Of a stretch of DNA of 64,000 nucleotides, positions 30,883-40,370 are shown in pieces. The stretch spans positions 13,789-77,788 of the forward strand of contig JAWXAZ010000140.1 in assembly GCA_034439755.1 (NCBI GenBank), given 5' to 3'. This stretch comes from a bacterium. GTDB lineage: Bacteria > Bacteroidota > Bacteroidia > UKL13-3. The translations under genes and the position numbers were made by a program. The notes below the pieces were generated by a model that made no database searches, had not been told where the DNA came from, and saw only the letters and a list, made by a program, of their open reading frames with translations. Within the stretch, counting starts at the first letter, position 1. Every line of letters begins with the position of its first letter.

Positions 30883-32769
30883 CTATTTCTCAATCGATGA
30901 CCATTCCAATTGCAAATCTACCAGCTTCCTGTAGGTACCCTTTTCTTTGGCCATTAGCTCCTCATGGGTACCCATTTCCTGAACCGATCCATGGTCTATA
31001 ACAATAATCTTATCTGCATTTCGCACAGTAGAAAGTCGGTGGGCAATCACAAAACTGGTTCTATTTTTCATCAAATTATCCAATGCTTCCTGAACCAATT
31101 TCTCGCTCTCACTGTCTAAAGAACTCGTAGCTTCATCCAATAACAATATGGCAGGATCTTTTAAAATAGCCCTTGCAATGGCAATCCTTTGACGCTGTCC
31201 GCCACTCAATTTAATGCCACGCTCCCCAACAATGGTTTCGAATCCCTCTGGAAACTTTAAAATAAAATCTAAGGCATTGGCACTTTTGGCAGCAGCAGCA
31301 ATTTCTTCTTGAGTGGCATTTGGTTTTCCATAAGCTATGTTTTCCTTTATGGTTCCACCAAAAAGAATCACATCTTGTGGTACAAAAGCAATTTGCTTTC
31401 TTAGCTCGGTAATGCCCAAATCCTTGCTATCCATTTCATCAAAATAGATAGACCCATTTGTAGGTTCATAAAATTTCAATAACAAAGACGCGAGGGTACT
31501 TTTACCGGCGCCACTTGGTCCTACCAAGGCAACTTGTTCGCCTTTATTTACCAATAAATTAATGTGATGTAATACCTCAATATCTTTTCTAGAAGGGTAA
31601 CTAAATGCCACATCTGTAAAGCGAACCTTGCCAACTAATTTATGTTTAACGGGTTCATTATTTTCTACCAAATCTACAGGTTCACCTGTTTGTCTTAATA
31701 ATTCGCGCACCCTTTGAGTAGCGCCTAATGTTTTTTGCAATTGGCTAAACATATCGGCAAATCCAGCAAAAGTGCCGCCCACAAAGGCAGAAAAGATCAC
31801 AAACATGGTTAAATCTCCCGCACTTAACTCCCCATTTTTTATCATGCCAGCGCCATACCACATCACAAAAGCAATGGCACCAAAAACACTAAAAATCATA
31901 AAACTCACAAAAGCTCCTCGGTAACGGGCGTTAGAAATGGCAGTCTGCACCACGCCATTGATACTTTTTCCATACCTGCCCATTTCGTGCGATTCGCTGG
32001 TAAAAGCCTTCACAATAGAAATACCTTGGAAAGTTTCTTGCACAATGGTTCCACTTTCTGCCAATTGGTCTTGTGCTTTTCTCGACATTTTGCGAATGCG
32101 AACCCCAAAAACCACGGCAACTACGGCAATTAAAGGCACCACTGCCAACATCACCAAAGCCAATTCTGTGCTAATCCAAAAGATAAAACTTAAACCAATT
32201 ATTAAGGTAAAAATGCCACGTAAGAATTCGGCCAAAGTAAATGAAATGGCATCCTGAATTTGAGATAAATCAGCGCTAATTCGGTTGCTTAAATCGCCCA
32301 CCCTTTGCTCACTAAAAAAGCTCATAGGCATGCTCAACAATTTACCATATAAATCGCTGCGCATATTGGCCAAAGACTTCTCCCCCACTTCGGTAAGCAG
32401 GTATATTCGCATAAAAGAAAATACGGTTTGAACCGATAGCTGAATAAAAAGTAAAATAAGGATGGTGTTTAAACTCCACTGAACTGTTTTAAGGTTAAAC
32501 CCCAAAGCATCGGCACCCATATTGCTTTGAGGCAATTGAAACTGGGCTCCAGGTGCCGCTGCATCAATCATTTTGCCTAATAGAAAAGGGAAAACCATGG
32601 TACTCAATGCCGACAAAGCAATGAACAACATACTTAGCATAAACTTTCCTTTATAAGGCTTAATATACTCAAAAAGAGAAAGTGCTTCTCCTAATGTTTC
32701 CTTGCTAATCTTTGCCTTTTCGGGCTCCTGTTTAAGGTCGCCATTGCTATTAAAACTTCTCTTTGCCAT
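30883..32769 (-). CDS. ABC transporter, fused permease/ATPase (MsbA-like exporter)
   Basis: Six-helix transmembrane domain followed by Walker A GPSGAGKST, signature LSGGQRQR and Walker B ILLLDEATS. ATG at 32769 is preferred over TTG at 32778. Confidence 0.88.
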   Translation of the reverse strand: MAKRSFNSNGDLKQEPEKAKISKETLGEALSLFEYIKPYKGKFMLSMLFIALSALSTMVFPFLLGKMIDAAAPGAQFQLPQSNMGADALGFNLKTVQWSLNTILILLFIQLSVQTVFSFMRIYLLTEVGEKSLANMRSDLYGKLLSMPMSFFSEQRVGDLSNRISADLSQIQDAISFTLAEFLRGIFTLIIGLSFIFWISTELALVMLAVVPLIAVVAVVFGVRIRKMSRKAQDQLAESGTIVQETFQGISIVKAFTSESHEMGRYGKSINGVVQTAISNARYRGAFVSFMIFSVFGAIAFVMWYGAGMIKNGELSAGDLTMFVIFSAFVGGTFAGFADMFSQLQKTLGATQRVRELLRQTGEPVDLVENNEPVKHKLVGKVRFTDVAFSYPSRKDIEVLHHINLLVNKGEQVALVGPSGAGKSTLASLLLKFYEPTNGSIYFDEMDSKDLGITELRKQIAFVPQDVILFGGTIKENIAYGKPNATQEEIAAAAKSANALDFILKFPEGFETIVGERGIKLSGGQRQRIAIARAILKDPAILLLDEATSSLDSESEKLVQEALDNLMKNRTSFVIAHRLSTVRNADKIIVIDHGSVQEMGTHEELMAKEKGTYRKLVDLQLEWSSIEK

Positions 32770-32869
32770 CAGGCGCAAATATAAGCACCCTTATTTTGCA
32801 TTTCATTTATATCGATGAACAATTAAAATTCGATGGTAAAAAAAAATTTTTATTTACACGTATTTTATT

Positions 32870-32877
32870 TATTTTTG
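32870..32877 (+). promoter_or_regulatory. candidate -7 promoter box (TATTTTTG) for the toxin-antitoxin operon
   Basis: Matches TAnnTTTG. It lies 18 nt upstream of the antitoxin ATG at 32896. Confidence 0.3.
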
Positions 32878-32895
32878 TACGTAATAATAGATTCC

Positions 32896-33150
32896 ATGAA
32901 AAGCCAGAATAAAATAAAACTTACCCTAAGTTGCAATCCAAGCATCATAGAAGAAGCCAAAGAATTTGTTAATAACGAAAAAGAATCCCTATCGTCTATC
33001 GTAGAAGATTTTTTGGCAACCTATATTGCCGTTAAAAAAAATAAGAAAAACGGCATATATGCCTTTCATGCACCAGAAATTGAAAAATTAGCAGGTAGCT
33101 TTAAATTAGGTGATCACAAGAATTACAAAAAGGAGTATAAAGTTAAATGA
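32896..33150 (+). CDS. type II antitoxin (DUF6364-like, partner of the PIN toxin)
   Basis: 84 aa from the ATG at 32896 (MKSQNKIKLTLSCNPSIIEEAKEF...SLSSIVEDFL). There is a 4-nt ATGA overlap with the downstream PIN gene. Confidence 0.65.
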   Translation: MKSQNKIKLTLSCNPSIIEEAKEFVNNEKESLSSIVEDFLATYIAVKKNKKNGIYAFHAPEIEKLAGSFKLGDHKNYKKEYKVK

Positions 33151-33569
33151 GAAAGGTTTTTGTTGATGCCAATATTATAGTAGACTGGCTCAATGCAGAT
33201 TCAACACAAAACAAATTATGCTCCGATTGTCTTCAAATCATTAAATCGCTTTACAGTAAGCCTATGGTTTCACCTGTTAGCATTGCCATTGTGTTTTATT
33301 TAGTAAGTAAAAAAGTAAAAGACAAAAGCAAAGTGAAGCGCATTTTAACGGAAGCATTTGGCCATTTTAACATTACCAGTGAGAGCCAACAAACATTAAA
33401 TAAAGCATTTTCCTCACACTATTTAGACTTGGAAGATGCAATTCAATATTACTCGGCTATGGAAGCTGGAGCAGATGCTATACTTACTTTTAATGGCTTT
33501 GATTACCTCTATTCAAATATTCCTATTTTACATCCCGAAGAATTCTTGCAATTGCACAGCCTAAAGTAA
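33147..33569 (+). CDS. PIN-domain ribonuclease toxin (VapC-like)
   Basis: 140 aa. PIN N-terminus MRKVFVDANIIVDWL, and later acidic positions (LDLEDAIQY, GADAILTFN). Confidence 0.75.
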   Translation: MRKVFVDANIIVDWLNADSTQNKLCSDCLQIIKSLYSKPMVSPVSIAIVFYLVSKKVKDKSKVKRILTEAFGHFNITSESQQTLNKAFSSHYLDLEDAIQYYSAMEAGADAILTFNGFDYLYSNIPILHPEEFLQLHSLK

Positions 33570-33579
33570 ATTCAAATAT

Positions 33580-34353
33580 TTATTCAAAACGGAGGTGTTT
33601 CACCGATTCACCTGAATCTCGCAATTCAATGAGGGAATCAATGCCAATTTCCAAATGTTTGGCAACATAGCTATTGGTAACACCTTGATCGCTTTTTGAT
33701 GTTTTTACACCCTCTGGAACCATTGGATTATCGCTTACCAAAAGCAATGCTCCTTTTGGAATTTCATTCACAAAACCAGTAATAAAAATGGTTGCGGTTT
33801 CCATGTCAATTCCCATGGCACGGGTCTTTCTCAAATACGCTTTAAACTCTTCATCGTGCTCCCAAACTCTTCTATTGGTAGTATAAACCGTCCCTGTCCA
33901 GTAATCCAATTCGTGTTTTACGATACTGGCCGAAACAGCTTTTTGCAACCTAAAAGAGGGCAATGCAGGAATTTCTTGCATGATATAATCATTGCTAGTT
34001 CCTTCACCCCTAATGGCAGCAATAGGCAAAATTAAATCGCCAATTTTTGTCACCTTTTTTAAACCACCACACTTCCCTAAAAAGAGAGCGGCCTTTGGAT
34101 GCACCGCACTTAATAAGTCCATACAAGTTGCGGCCATAGCACTTCCCATACCAAAATTTATGATGGTGATATTATCGGCTGTGGCGGTTTGCATGGGTTT
34201 ATCTCTTCCCATCACTTCTACCCCAAATCGCTGGGCAAAAAGATCAACGTATAAAATGAAATTGGTCAATAAAATATATTCACCAAATTCGGTTAAGGGT
34301 CTTCCAGTATAGCGAGGTAGCCAATCGTTTACAATTTCTTCTTTTGTCTTCAT
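33580..34353 (-). CDS. AMP nucleosidase-like protein, catalytic (PNP/UDP-fold) domain only
   Basis: 257 aa. Collinear with the C-terminal catalytic half of E. coli Amn (LLTNF..YV, GMGSAMAAT, GKCGGL, GIDMETATI, LLVSDNP, HLEIGI). The N-terminal regulatory domain is absent. Confidence 0.8.
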   Translation of the reverse strand: MKTKEEIVNDWLPRYTGRPLTEFGEYILLTNFILYVDLFAQRFGVEVMGRDKPMQTATADNITIINFGMGSAMAATCMDLLSAVHPKAALFLGKCGGLKKVTKIGDLILPIAAIRGEGTSNDYIMQEIPALPSFRLQKAVSASIVKHELDYWTGTVYTTNRRVWEHDEEFKAYLRKTRAMGIDMETATIFITGFVNEIPKGALLLVSDNPMVPEGVKTSKSDQGVTNSYVAKHLEIGIDSLIELRDSGESVKHLRFE

Positions 34354-34388
34354 GGAAGCAATATAATGATTAGGATGCTTGATTCCAA

Positions 34389-35870
34389 TTAAGCACCATC
34401 ATTCATGCCTTTAAACATGCCACTCATAAGGTCGGTAAATTCAAATCCTTTTACCAAAGGGTTCTTGCTTAACTGACTAAATTCTGCCAAACCATGCAAG
34501 ACCAATTCCATTAAAATAACCTTTTCGTGCTCTGGCGATTCTGGATATTTTATCTTCACCAATTCGGACAAACCCTCTACTGTTAGCAGTGATTTCAAAT
34601 AATTTTCATCGGTGCTTTGGTTCAAACAGTTAACTGAATAGCCATCGTTGAACCAATTTAAAATTAATTCGTAGGGGTTGCCTTGCTTGGCTTTTTTGGC
34701 TTTTTCTGGATTGGTAAATTTTTCCAAGAACATGGTTCTAATGGCTTTACCAATTAAATTTTGCGCCACATTTTGCGAACCTTCCAGCTCTCCTTCGTAC
34801 ACCAATTCTACCTTACCAGTTATGCTTGGCAGCACCCCAAACATATCACTAATTCTTGCATGGGTATGCTTTTCTTTGTTGAGCAACATTCTGCGCTCCG
34901 AAGTACTGTATAAGTTCTCTAAAGCGCTAATGGTTAATCGCGCAGAAACACCACTTTTTTGGTCCACCCAATCGCTGGTGCGTGCTTCCATTGCGATGTG
35001 TTCTATAAGATCGAGCAACAGGTCATTCACCACCACACTTTCTCTTTGCATAGGCGTAATATGCGCTTCTTGTGTGGTAACCGATTTAGCCAATTGAATG
35101 GTCTTTGGGTAATGGGTTAAAATTTGGCTATCAATCCTATCTTTTAAAGGCGTAACAATGCTTCCCCTATTGGTATAATCTTCTGGATTTGCTGTAAAAA
35201 CAAACTGCACATCCAATGGCAACCTCAATTTAAATCCGCGAATTTGAAGGTCGCCTTCTTGCAAAATATTAAACAAAGAAACCTGAATGCGCGCCTGCAA
35301 ATCGGGCAATTCATTGATCACAAATAAGCACCTGTTGCTACGTGGAATTAAACCAAAATGGATTACACGCTCATCGTTGTAATGCATCTTTAAAGTTGCG
35401 GCTTTTATGGGATCCACATCGCCTATTAAATCGGCTACAGACACATCTGGCGTGGCTAATTTCTCTGTGTACCTATCTTTTCGTGGCATCCATTCAATGG
35501 GTGTTTTAGCGCCCATTTCCTCAATTAAATTATGGGCAAATCTGCTCAAAGGATTTAAAGGATCATCGTTAATTTCGCTGCCAGAAACAACCGGAATAAA
35601 CTCATCTAATAAGTTTACCATGAGTCTGGCAATGCGTGTTTTTGCTTGTCCTCTTAATCCCAATAAAATAATGTTATGTTGAGATAAAATAGCCGTTTGC
35701 AATTGCGGCAAAACGGTATCGTCGTAACCCTGCACGCCTGTGAAAGGATTGATGCCCTCTTGCAAAAAATGAATGAGGTTATCCCTCATTTCTTGTTTAA
35801 CTGTTTTAGAAACGTACGCAGAAGCCTTAAGCTGCCCTAGCGTTTTAATTTTAAGGTGGTTATTTTTCAT
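34389..35870 (-). CDS. MoxR/ChlI-like AAA+ ATPase (family often auto-annotated as sigma-54-interacting or Mg-chelatase)
   Basis: 493 aa. Walker A LLGLRGQAKT (MoxR-style AKT), a Walker B-like CLFVINELPDL, and the sensor region FVFTANPEDYTNRG. Confidence 0.7.
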   Translation of the reverse strand: MKNNHLKIKTLGQLKASAYVSKTVKQEMRDNLIHFLQEGINPFTGVQGYDDTVLPQLQTAILSQHNIILLGLRGQAKTRIARLMVNLLDEFIPVVSGSEINDDPLNPLSRFAHNLIEEMGAKTPIEWMPRKDRYTEKLATPDVSVADLIGDVDPIKAATLKMHYNDERVIHFGLIPRSNRCLFVINELPDLQARIQVSLFNILQEGDLQIRGFKLRLPLDVQFVFTANPEDYTNRGSIVTPLKDRIDSQILTHYPKTIQLAKSVTTQEAHITPMQRESVVVNDLLLDLIEHIAMEARTSDWVDQKSGVSARLTISALENLYSTSERRMLLNKEKHTHARISDMFGVLPSITGKVELVYEGELEGSQNVAQNLIGKAIRTMFLEKFTNPEKAKKAKQGNPYELILNWFNDGYSVNCLNQSTDENYLKSLLTVEGLSELVKIKYPESPEHEKVILMELVLHGLAEFSQLSKNPLVKGFEFTDLMSGMFKGMNDGA

Positions 35871-35874
35871 TCAA

Positions 35875-36972
35875 TTATCTAAGGTTCTTTTTTCTGTTCT
35901 TTTCAAAATCTTCGAATATAAAATCGCCCAAGCCGTTAAGGTTGCTGTAATATGCTTTTCCTTTATTTGTTTCGGTAAATTCTCTTACAAACTCCTGCAA
36001 ATAAGGATCGCTGGCAATCATAAACGTGGTGATGGGAATATTTAAACGCCTAGCTTGAGCCGCCATGGTTAAGGTTTTGTTGATAATTTTTTTATCTAAG
36101 CCAAAGCTGTTTTGGTAGTATCCAGTACCTTCTTTTAAACAGGTAGGTTTACCATCTGTAATCATAAATATTTGCTTGTTTATATTTTTTCTTTTCCGCA
36201 ATAAATCGAGGGCAAGTTCTAAGCCGGCATAGGTATTTGTGTGGTAGGGCCCAACTTGCAAATAGGGCAAATCTTTTACTTCGATAGGCCAAGCATCGTT
36301 GCCAAAAACAAGGATGTCCAACGTGTCTTTTGGGTATCGTGTTTTAATTAACTCGGCCAAGGCCATGGCCACTTTTTTTGCTGGTGTAATTCTATCCTCC
36401 CCATATAAAATCATGCTATGAGAAATATCAATCATGAGCACTGTTGAGGTTTGTGTTTTTAGATCCTTTTCGCGAATTTCTAAATCATCTTCGGTTAATT
36501 TAAAATCATCGATACCATGATTTATTTGCGCATTGTGAATGCTTGCAGTAAGGTCGATTTGATCCAAGGAATCGCCAAAAGAAAACTTCCTAATATCACT
36601 ATTTAGTTCATCGCCCACGCCAGTTTTTGAAGTGGCGTGATTTCCTTTACCCCCCTTTTTTAACTTCCCAAACACCTCATCTAAACTTCTTTTTCGAATG
36701 GTTTGATTTGTCTTTGAAGTAGGATTGAGCAATCCATCTTGCGGATTCTCATTAATAAAACCTTTGTCTTTTAATTCCTGAATAAAGTTACCCATTCCAT
36801 AGGCATTGTTGGTTAGGTTATGTTGTTTATCAAGTTGGTTCAGCCAGTCTAAAGCCTCTGCCACATCTCCATTGGCGTATTGTAACAGTTGCAGAAATAG
36901 GCTCAGCAATTGTTCAAAGCCCTTTTCTTCTTCTGGACCAGGTATGAATTTTGAAAAATTAAATCCTTTCAT
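35875..36972 (-). CDS. von Willebrand factor A (vWA) domain protein
   Basis: MIDAS motif LMIDISHSM (DxSxS) plus downstream T and D positions (ITDGKPT). ATG at 36972 is preferred over the track start at 37005. Its stop lies 4 nt from the AAA+ start. Confidence 0.75.
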   Translation of the reverse strand: MKGFNFSKFIPGPEEEKGFEQLLSLFLQLLQYANGDVAEALDWLNQLDKQHNLTNNAYGMGNFIQELKDKGFINENPQDGLLNPTSKTNQTIRKRSLDEVFGKLKKGGKGNHATSKTGVGDELNSDIRKFSFGDSLDQIDLTASIHNAQINHGIDDFKLTEDDLEIREKDLKTQTSTVLMIDISHSMILYGEDRITPAKKVAMALAELIKTRYPKDTLDILVFGNDAWPIEVKDLPYLQVGPYHTNTYAGLELALDLLRKRKNINKQIFMITDGKPTCLKEGTGYYQNSFGLDKKIINKTLTMAAQARRLNIPITTFMIASDPYLQEFVREFTETNKGKAYYSNLNGLGDFIFEDFEKNRKKNLR

Positions 36973-37063
36973 ATAGGCAAACAAATTATGGTTTAGCAGG
37001 CACAAAACAGCATTTTTAAGTAAAAATTAACAGCACTTGCTACTTTCTACCTATTTTTGCACA

Positions 37064-38083
37064 ATGAAACTACCTATTGTAATACTGTTGAGTCTGCTTA
37101 TTTGTTTTGAAGCGGAGGCACAAAAAGGAAAAAAGATTTGCATAGCCTTTTATAATCAGGAGAATCTATTTGATACAATAGACACACCCAACAAATTTGA
37201 CGAAGAATTTTTACCCAATGGTACGTATCGTTGGACAAGTGAAAAATATAACAACAAAGTTGAAAACATGGGGAAGGTTATTGCGGCCATGAATGAAGGC
37301 AAAGGTCCAGATTTTTTAGGCATGTGCGAAGTTGAAAATGATATTGCCATTAGCGGTCTGACCCAAACGCTTGCTAGAAAAAAAATAGAGTACGGGTTAA
37401 TTTGGTTCGACAGTCAGGATGAGAGAGGGATTGACAATGCCTTGCTATACAAGAAAAATTTGGTAAAGAAAGCCAGCGGCCATTTATACAAAATTGATAC
37501 TGCTGGTTTGGGTGGAGACAATACCCGTGGCATCTTAATGTGCGACTTTATATTGCAGAACAATGCCCGAATTGTAATGTTTGTAAACCATTGGCCAAGC
37601 AGACGTGAGGGAGAAAAAGAAAGTGAATACAAGCGTATTTTTGTGGCAAAAAGATTGAGACAGATTTGCGATAGTTTGCAACAAAAAGATCCAAGCGTGG
37701 CCATAATTTCTATGGGCGATTATAACGACTACCCAGACAATGTAAGCATAAAAGAAGTGATGCAGGGCAAAGCCAGTATAGACGAAACGGGTAATGCCGA
37801 TTATTTTAACCCTATGAATGCGCTATTAAAAAAGGGTGAAGGTTCATACAAACACAGAGGTGAATGGAATTTTCTAGATCAATTTTTAATGAATAGAAAT
37901 CTCTTGAAAGATGGGACAAAAATAAACTATGTAAACGAATCGGCAGCCGTTTTTAAAGAAGAATGGATGTTAGAAACAGAAGATAAATATAAAGGCAATC
38001 CCAAGCGCACTTTTGGTGGCAAGAAATACTTAAATGGCTACAGCGATCATTTACCCGTTTATCTGTATTTGATACTAAAATAA
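37064..38083 (+). CDS. secreted endonuclease/exonuclease/phosphatase (EEP) family protein
   Basis: Signal peptide MKLPIVILLSLLICFEAEA, EEP blocks FYNQENLFD, LGMCEVEN and GDYND, and a C-terminal SDHLPV. ATG at 37064. Confidence 0.7.
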   Translation: MKLPIVILLSLLICFEAEAQKGKKICIAFYNQENLFDTIDTPNKFDEEFLPNGTYRWTSEKYNNKVENMGKVIAAMNEGKGPDFLGMCEVENDIAISGLTQTLARKKIEYGLIWFDSQDERGIDNALLYKKNLVKKASGHLYKIDTAGLGGDNTRGILMCDFILQNNARIVMFVNHWPSRREGEKESEYKRIFVAKRLRQICDSLQQKDPSVAIISMGDYNDYPDNVSIKEVMQGKASIDETGNADYFNPMNALLKKGEGSYKHRGEWNFLDQFLMNRNLLKDGTKINYVNESAAVFKEEWMLETEDKYKGNPKRTFGGKKYLNGYSDHLPVYLYLILK

Positions 38084-38088
38084 GGGCA

Positions 38089-38760
38089 ATGAATTTAACG
38101 GTTGTAGAGAATGAATTGGGTCAAAAAACCCTGTATAGAGCAGATATACAAGAAACCTATCATTCTATTCACGGAGCCATAGCAGAGAGCAAACATGTAT
38201 TTATTGAGGCAGGGCTTAAGTATTGGCTAAATAGATCCGTAAAGCAGCAATTGTCTATTTTAGAGGTTGGTTTTGGAACCGGATTAAATGCCATGCTTAC
38301 CTTACTTGAGAGCAATGTGCAAGACAATGAAGTTTGGTATACCGCCTTAGAAACTTTGGCCCTACCCTATTCCTTAATTGCCAAATTAGAATATCAAAAA
38401 GAGTTGAGCTTAGAAAATGAAAAGTTATTTTCTGACATGCATTTGGGAGACTGGGAAGTTGATTTGCCTTTGACAGCCAATTTTGTGTTATATAAGACCT
38501 TAAATCCCATTGAAACATTTCTATCTAATAAGACATACGACCTCATTTATTTTGATGCATTTGGTCCGGATAAACAATCGGAACTTTGGCAACCAGAAAT
38601 CTTCAAAAAAATATTTGGGTTAATGAATTCGGGCGGCGTATTTGTTACATATTCTGCAAAAGGCGATGTAAGGAGAAGCTTGCTAGCAGCAGGCTTTGAG
38701 GTAACTAAACTAGAAGGACCACCCCATAAAAGACACATGTTAAGAGCCATAAAACATTAA
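38089..38760 (+). CDS. mnmD: tRNA (mnm5s2U34) methyltransferase, stand-alone MnmD (MnmC methyltransferase domain)
   Basis: 223 aa. ILEVGFGTGLN SAM motif and DLIYFDAFGPDKQSELW, typical of the MnmC methyltransferase half. Confidence 0.75.
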   Translation: MNLTVVENELGQKTLYRADIQETYHSIHGAIAESKHVFIEAGLKYWLNRSVKQQLSILEVGFGTGLNAMLTLLESNVQDNEVWYTALETLALPYSLIAKLEYQKELSLENEKLFSDMHLGDWEVDLPLTANFVLYKTLNPIETFLSNKTYDLIYFDAFGPDKQSELWQPEIFKKIFGLMNSGGVFVTYSAKGDVRRSLLAAGFEVTKLEGPPHKRHMLRAIKH

Positions 38761-38763
38761 AGG

Positions 38764-39828
38764 ATGAACCAAAAAGAATATGATTATTTAATTGTTGGTG
38801 GCGGAATTGCGGGCTTAATGCTGTCACATCAAATGAGTAAGGCAGGTAAAACATTTTTAGTAATGGATGATGTTAAGGACATAACATCGAGCAAAATTGC
38901 GGCGGGCATGTTTAACCCCATAAGTGGCAAGCGAATGAGTGTAAATTGGAAAGCAGAAGAATTATTAGCTTCACTTATTAGCAACTTTAAAGAAATGTCT
39001 GTGCTATTAAACCTTGAGTTTATTTACACCGCAAATATTTTACAAGCCTTTGGCAATGTAAAAGAATCAAATGATTTTGGAGCAAAATTAGATAGACCAG
39101 AATTTTCTAAATACATAGCATTGGAGGCGCAAGATGACCAATCCTTACTAAGTGAATTTGGCAGATTTGAGGTGCTTGGATCAGGGTGGGTTAAGACAAA
39201 AGAATGGATTGAAACGTATCAAAATTACTTGGTTCAGCAAGAAAAATTGGTTTATGCAAAAATAATTTATGCTATGCTACAATACCAGAATAATGCTTGG
39301 AATTACGAGAATAAGCAGTTTAAAAAAATCATTTTTTGTGAAGGCTATTTAAACCAAAAAAATCCGTATTTCAATTGGCTTCCTTTTAAACTTTGTAAAG
39401 GGGAGGTATTACTTATAAAATGTGAAGGTTTAAACCAAAACTACATTTACAAAAGGGGTGTGTATTTGGTTCACCAAGAAAAAGATATTTACAAAGTTGG
39501 GGCGACTTATGAGTGGGATTATGAGCATGAAAATGCAACCAATAAAGGAAAAGAAAGTTTAATTGAAAAGGTAAAGCAAATGATAGCACTTCCCTTTGAG
39601 GTAATAGATCAAATGGCTGGCATAAGGCCTACAACAAGAGACAGGGCAGCTATTTTGGGAGCGCACCCCAGCAAAAAAGGCCTCTATATTTTCAACGGAT
39701 TGGGCACAAAAGGAATTTTGCAAGCACCCTATTTGAGCGAACAATTGTTTGGTTTTTTAGAGCAAGAGGAAGCCTTACCAAAGGAGGTTGATATTAATAG
39801 GTTTAAGGAATATTTTGCGCTTGGGTAA
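38764..39828 (+). CDS. FAD-dependent oxidoreductase (DAO family; possibly the MnmC oxidoreductase half)
   Basis: 354 aa. Dinucleotide-binding YDYLIVGGGIAGLML. It starts 3 nt after mnmD. Confidence 0.65.
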   Translation: MNQKEYDYLIVGGGIAGLMLSHQMSKAGKTFLVMDDVKDITSSKIAAGMFNPISGKRMSVNWKAEELLASLISNFKEMSVLLNLEFIYTANILQAFGNVKESNDFGAKLDRPEFSKYIALEAQDDQSLLSEFGRFEVLGSGWVKTKEWIETYQNYLVQQEKLVYAKIIYAMLQYQNNAWNYENKQFKKIIFCEGYLNQKNPYFNWLPFKLCKGEVLLIKCEGLNQNYIYKRGVYLVHQEKDIYKVGATYEWDYEHENATNKGKESLIEKVKQMIALPFEVIDQMAGIRPTTRDRAAILGAHPSKKGLYIFNGLGTKGILQAPYLSEQLFGFLEQEEALPKEVDINRFKEYFALG

Positions 39829-40370
39829 TTTATGCTTTACGAAATTTTAAGGTGTTTTTTCATATTTATCAAGAATTGTTTTTAATTTGTTGTAATCTGT
39901 TTCTGATTTAAGCAATATTTCATACTTAAATTCCTTTTTTTGATTGCGAAATTAAATGGTATTAACTCCCAGATTAGTTGTAAAGGCTCCTATCGATAAA
40001 AAGAGAATATAATTGCTCCGTAATTCATAACCTGTATTCGAAAATTTTACATTACACTCTTAATTTATGGCTCTATGTGGAATATAGTGGGTAGAATTAG
40101 GACTAATATGCCTGCGTGATTTAAAGGCTCTGGATTTAAGTTAAGCAACCAATTATCACAAGCCTTTTACCCTTTTTTGTTCATGTTGATACAAATCCTC
40201 AATCAGATGAAAAGGCATGAAGTGTATTTGTACTTTGGCGGTGCATGGCTATGGGTTGGTCTGCTGCGAAAATATAAGTAATTTCTTAACCAGTGGTGCT
40301 AAATTTGGGGAGTAGCATACCCAAAAACATTTCCGCTTGTTATCAATTAATCATTGGTTAAATTGCTGGC

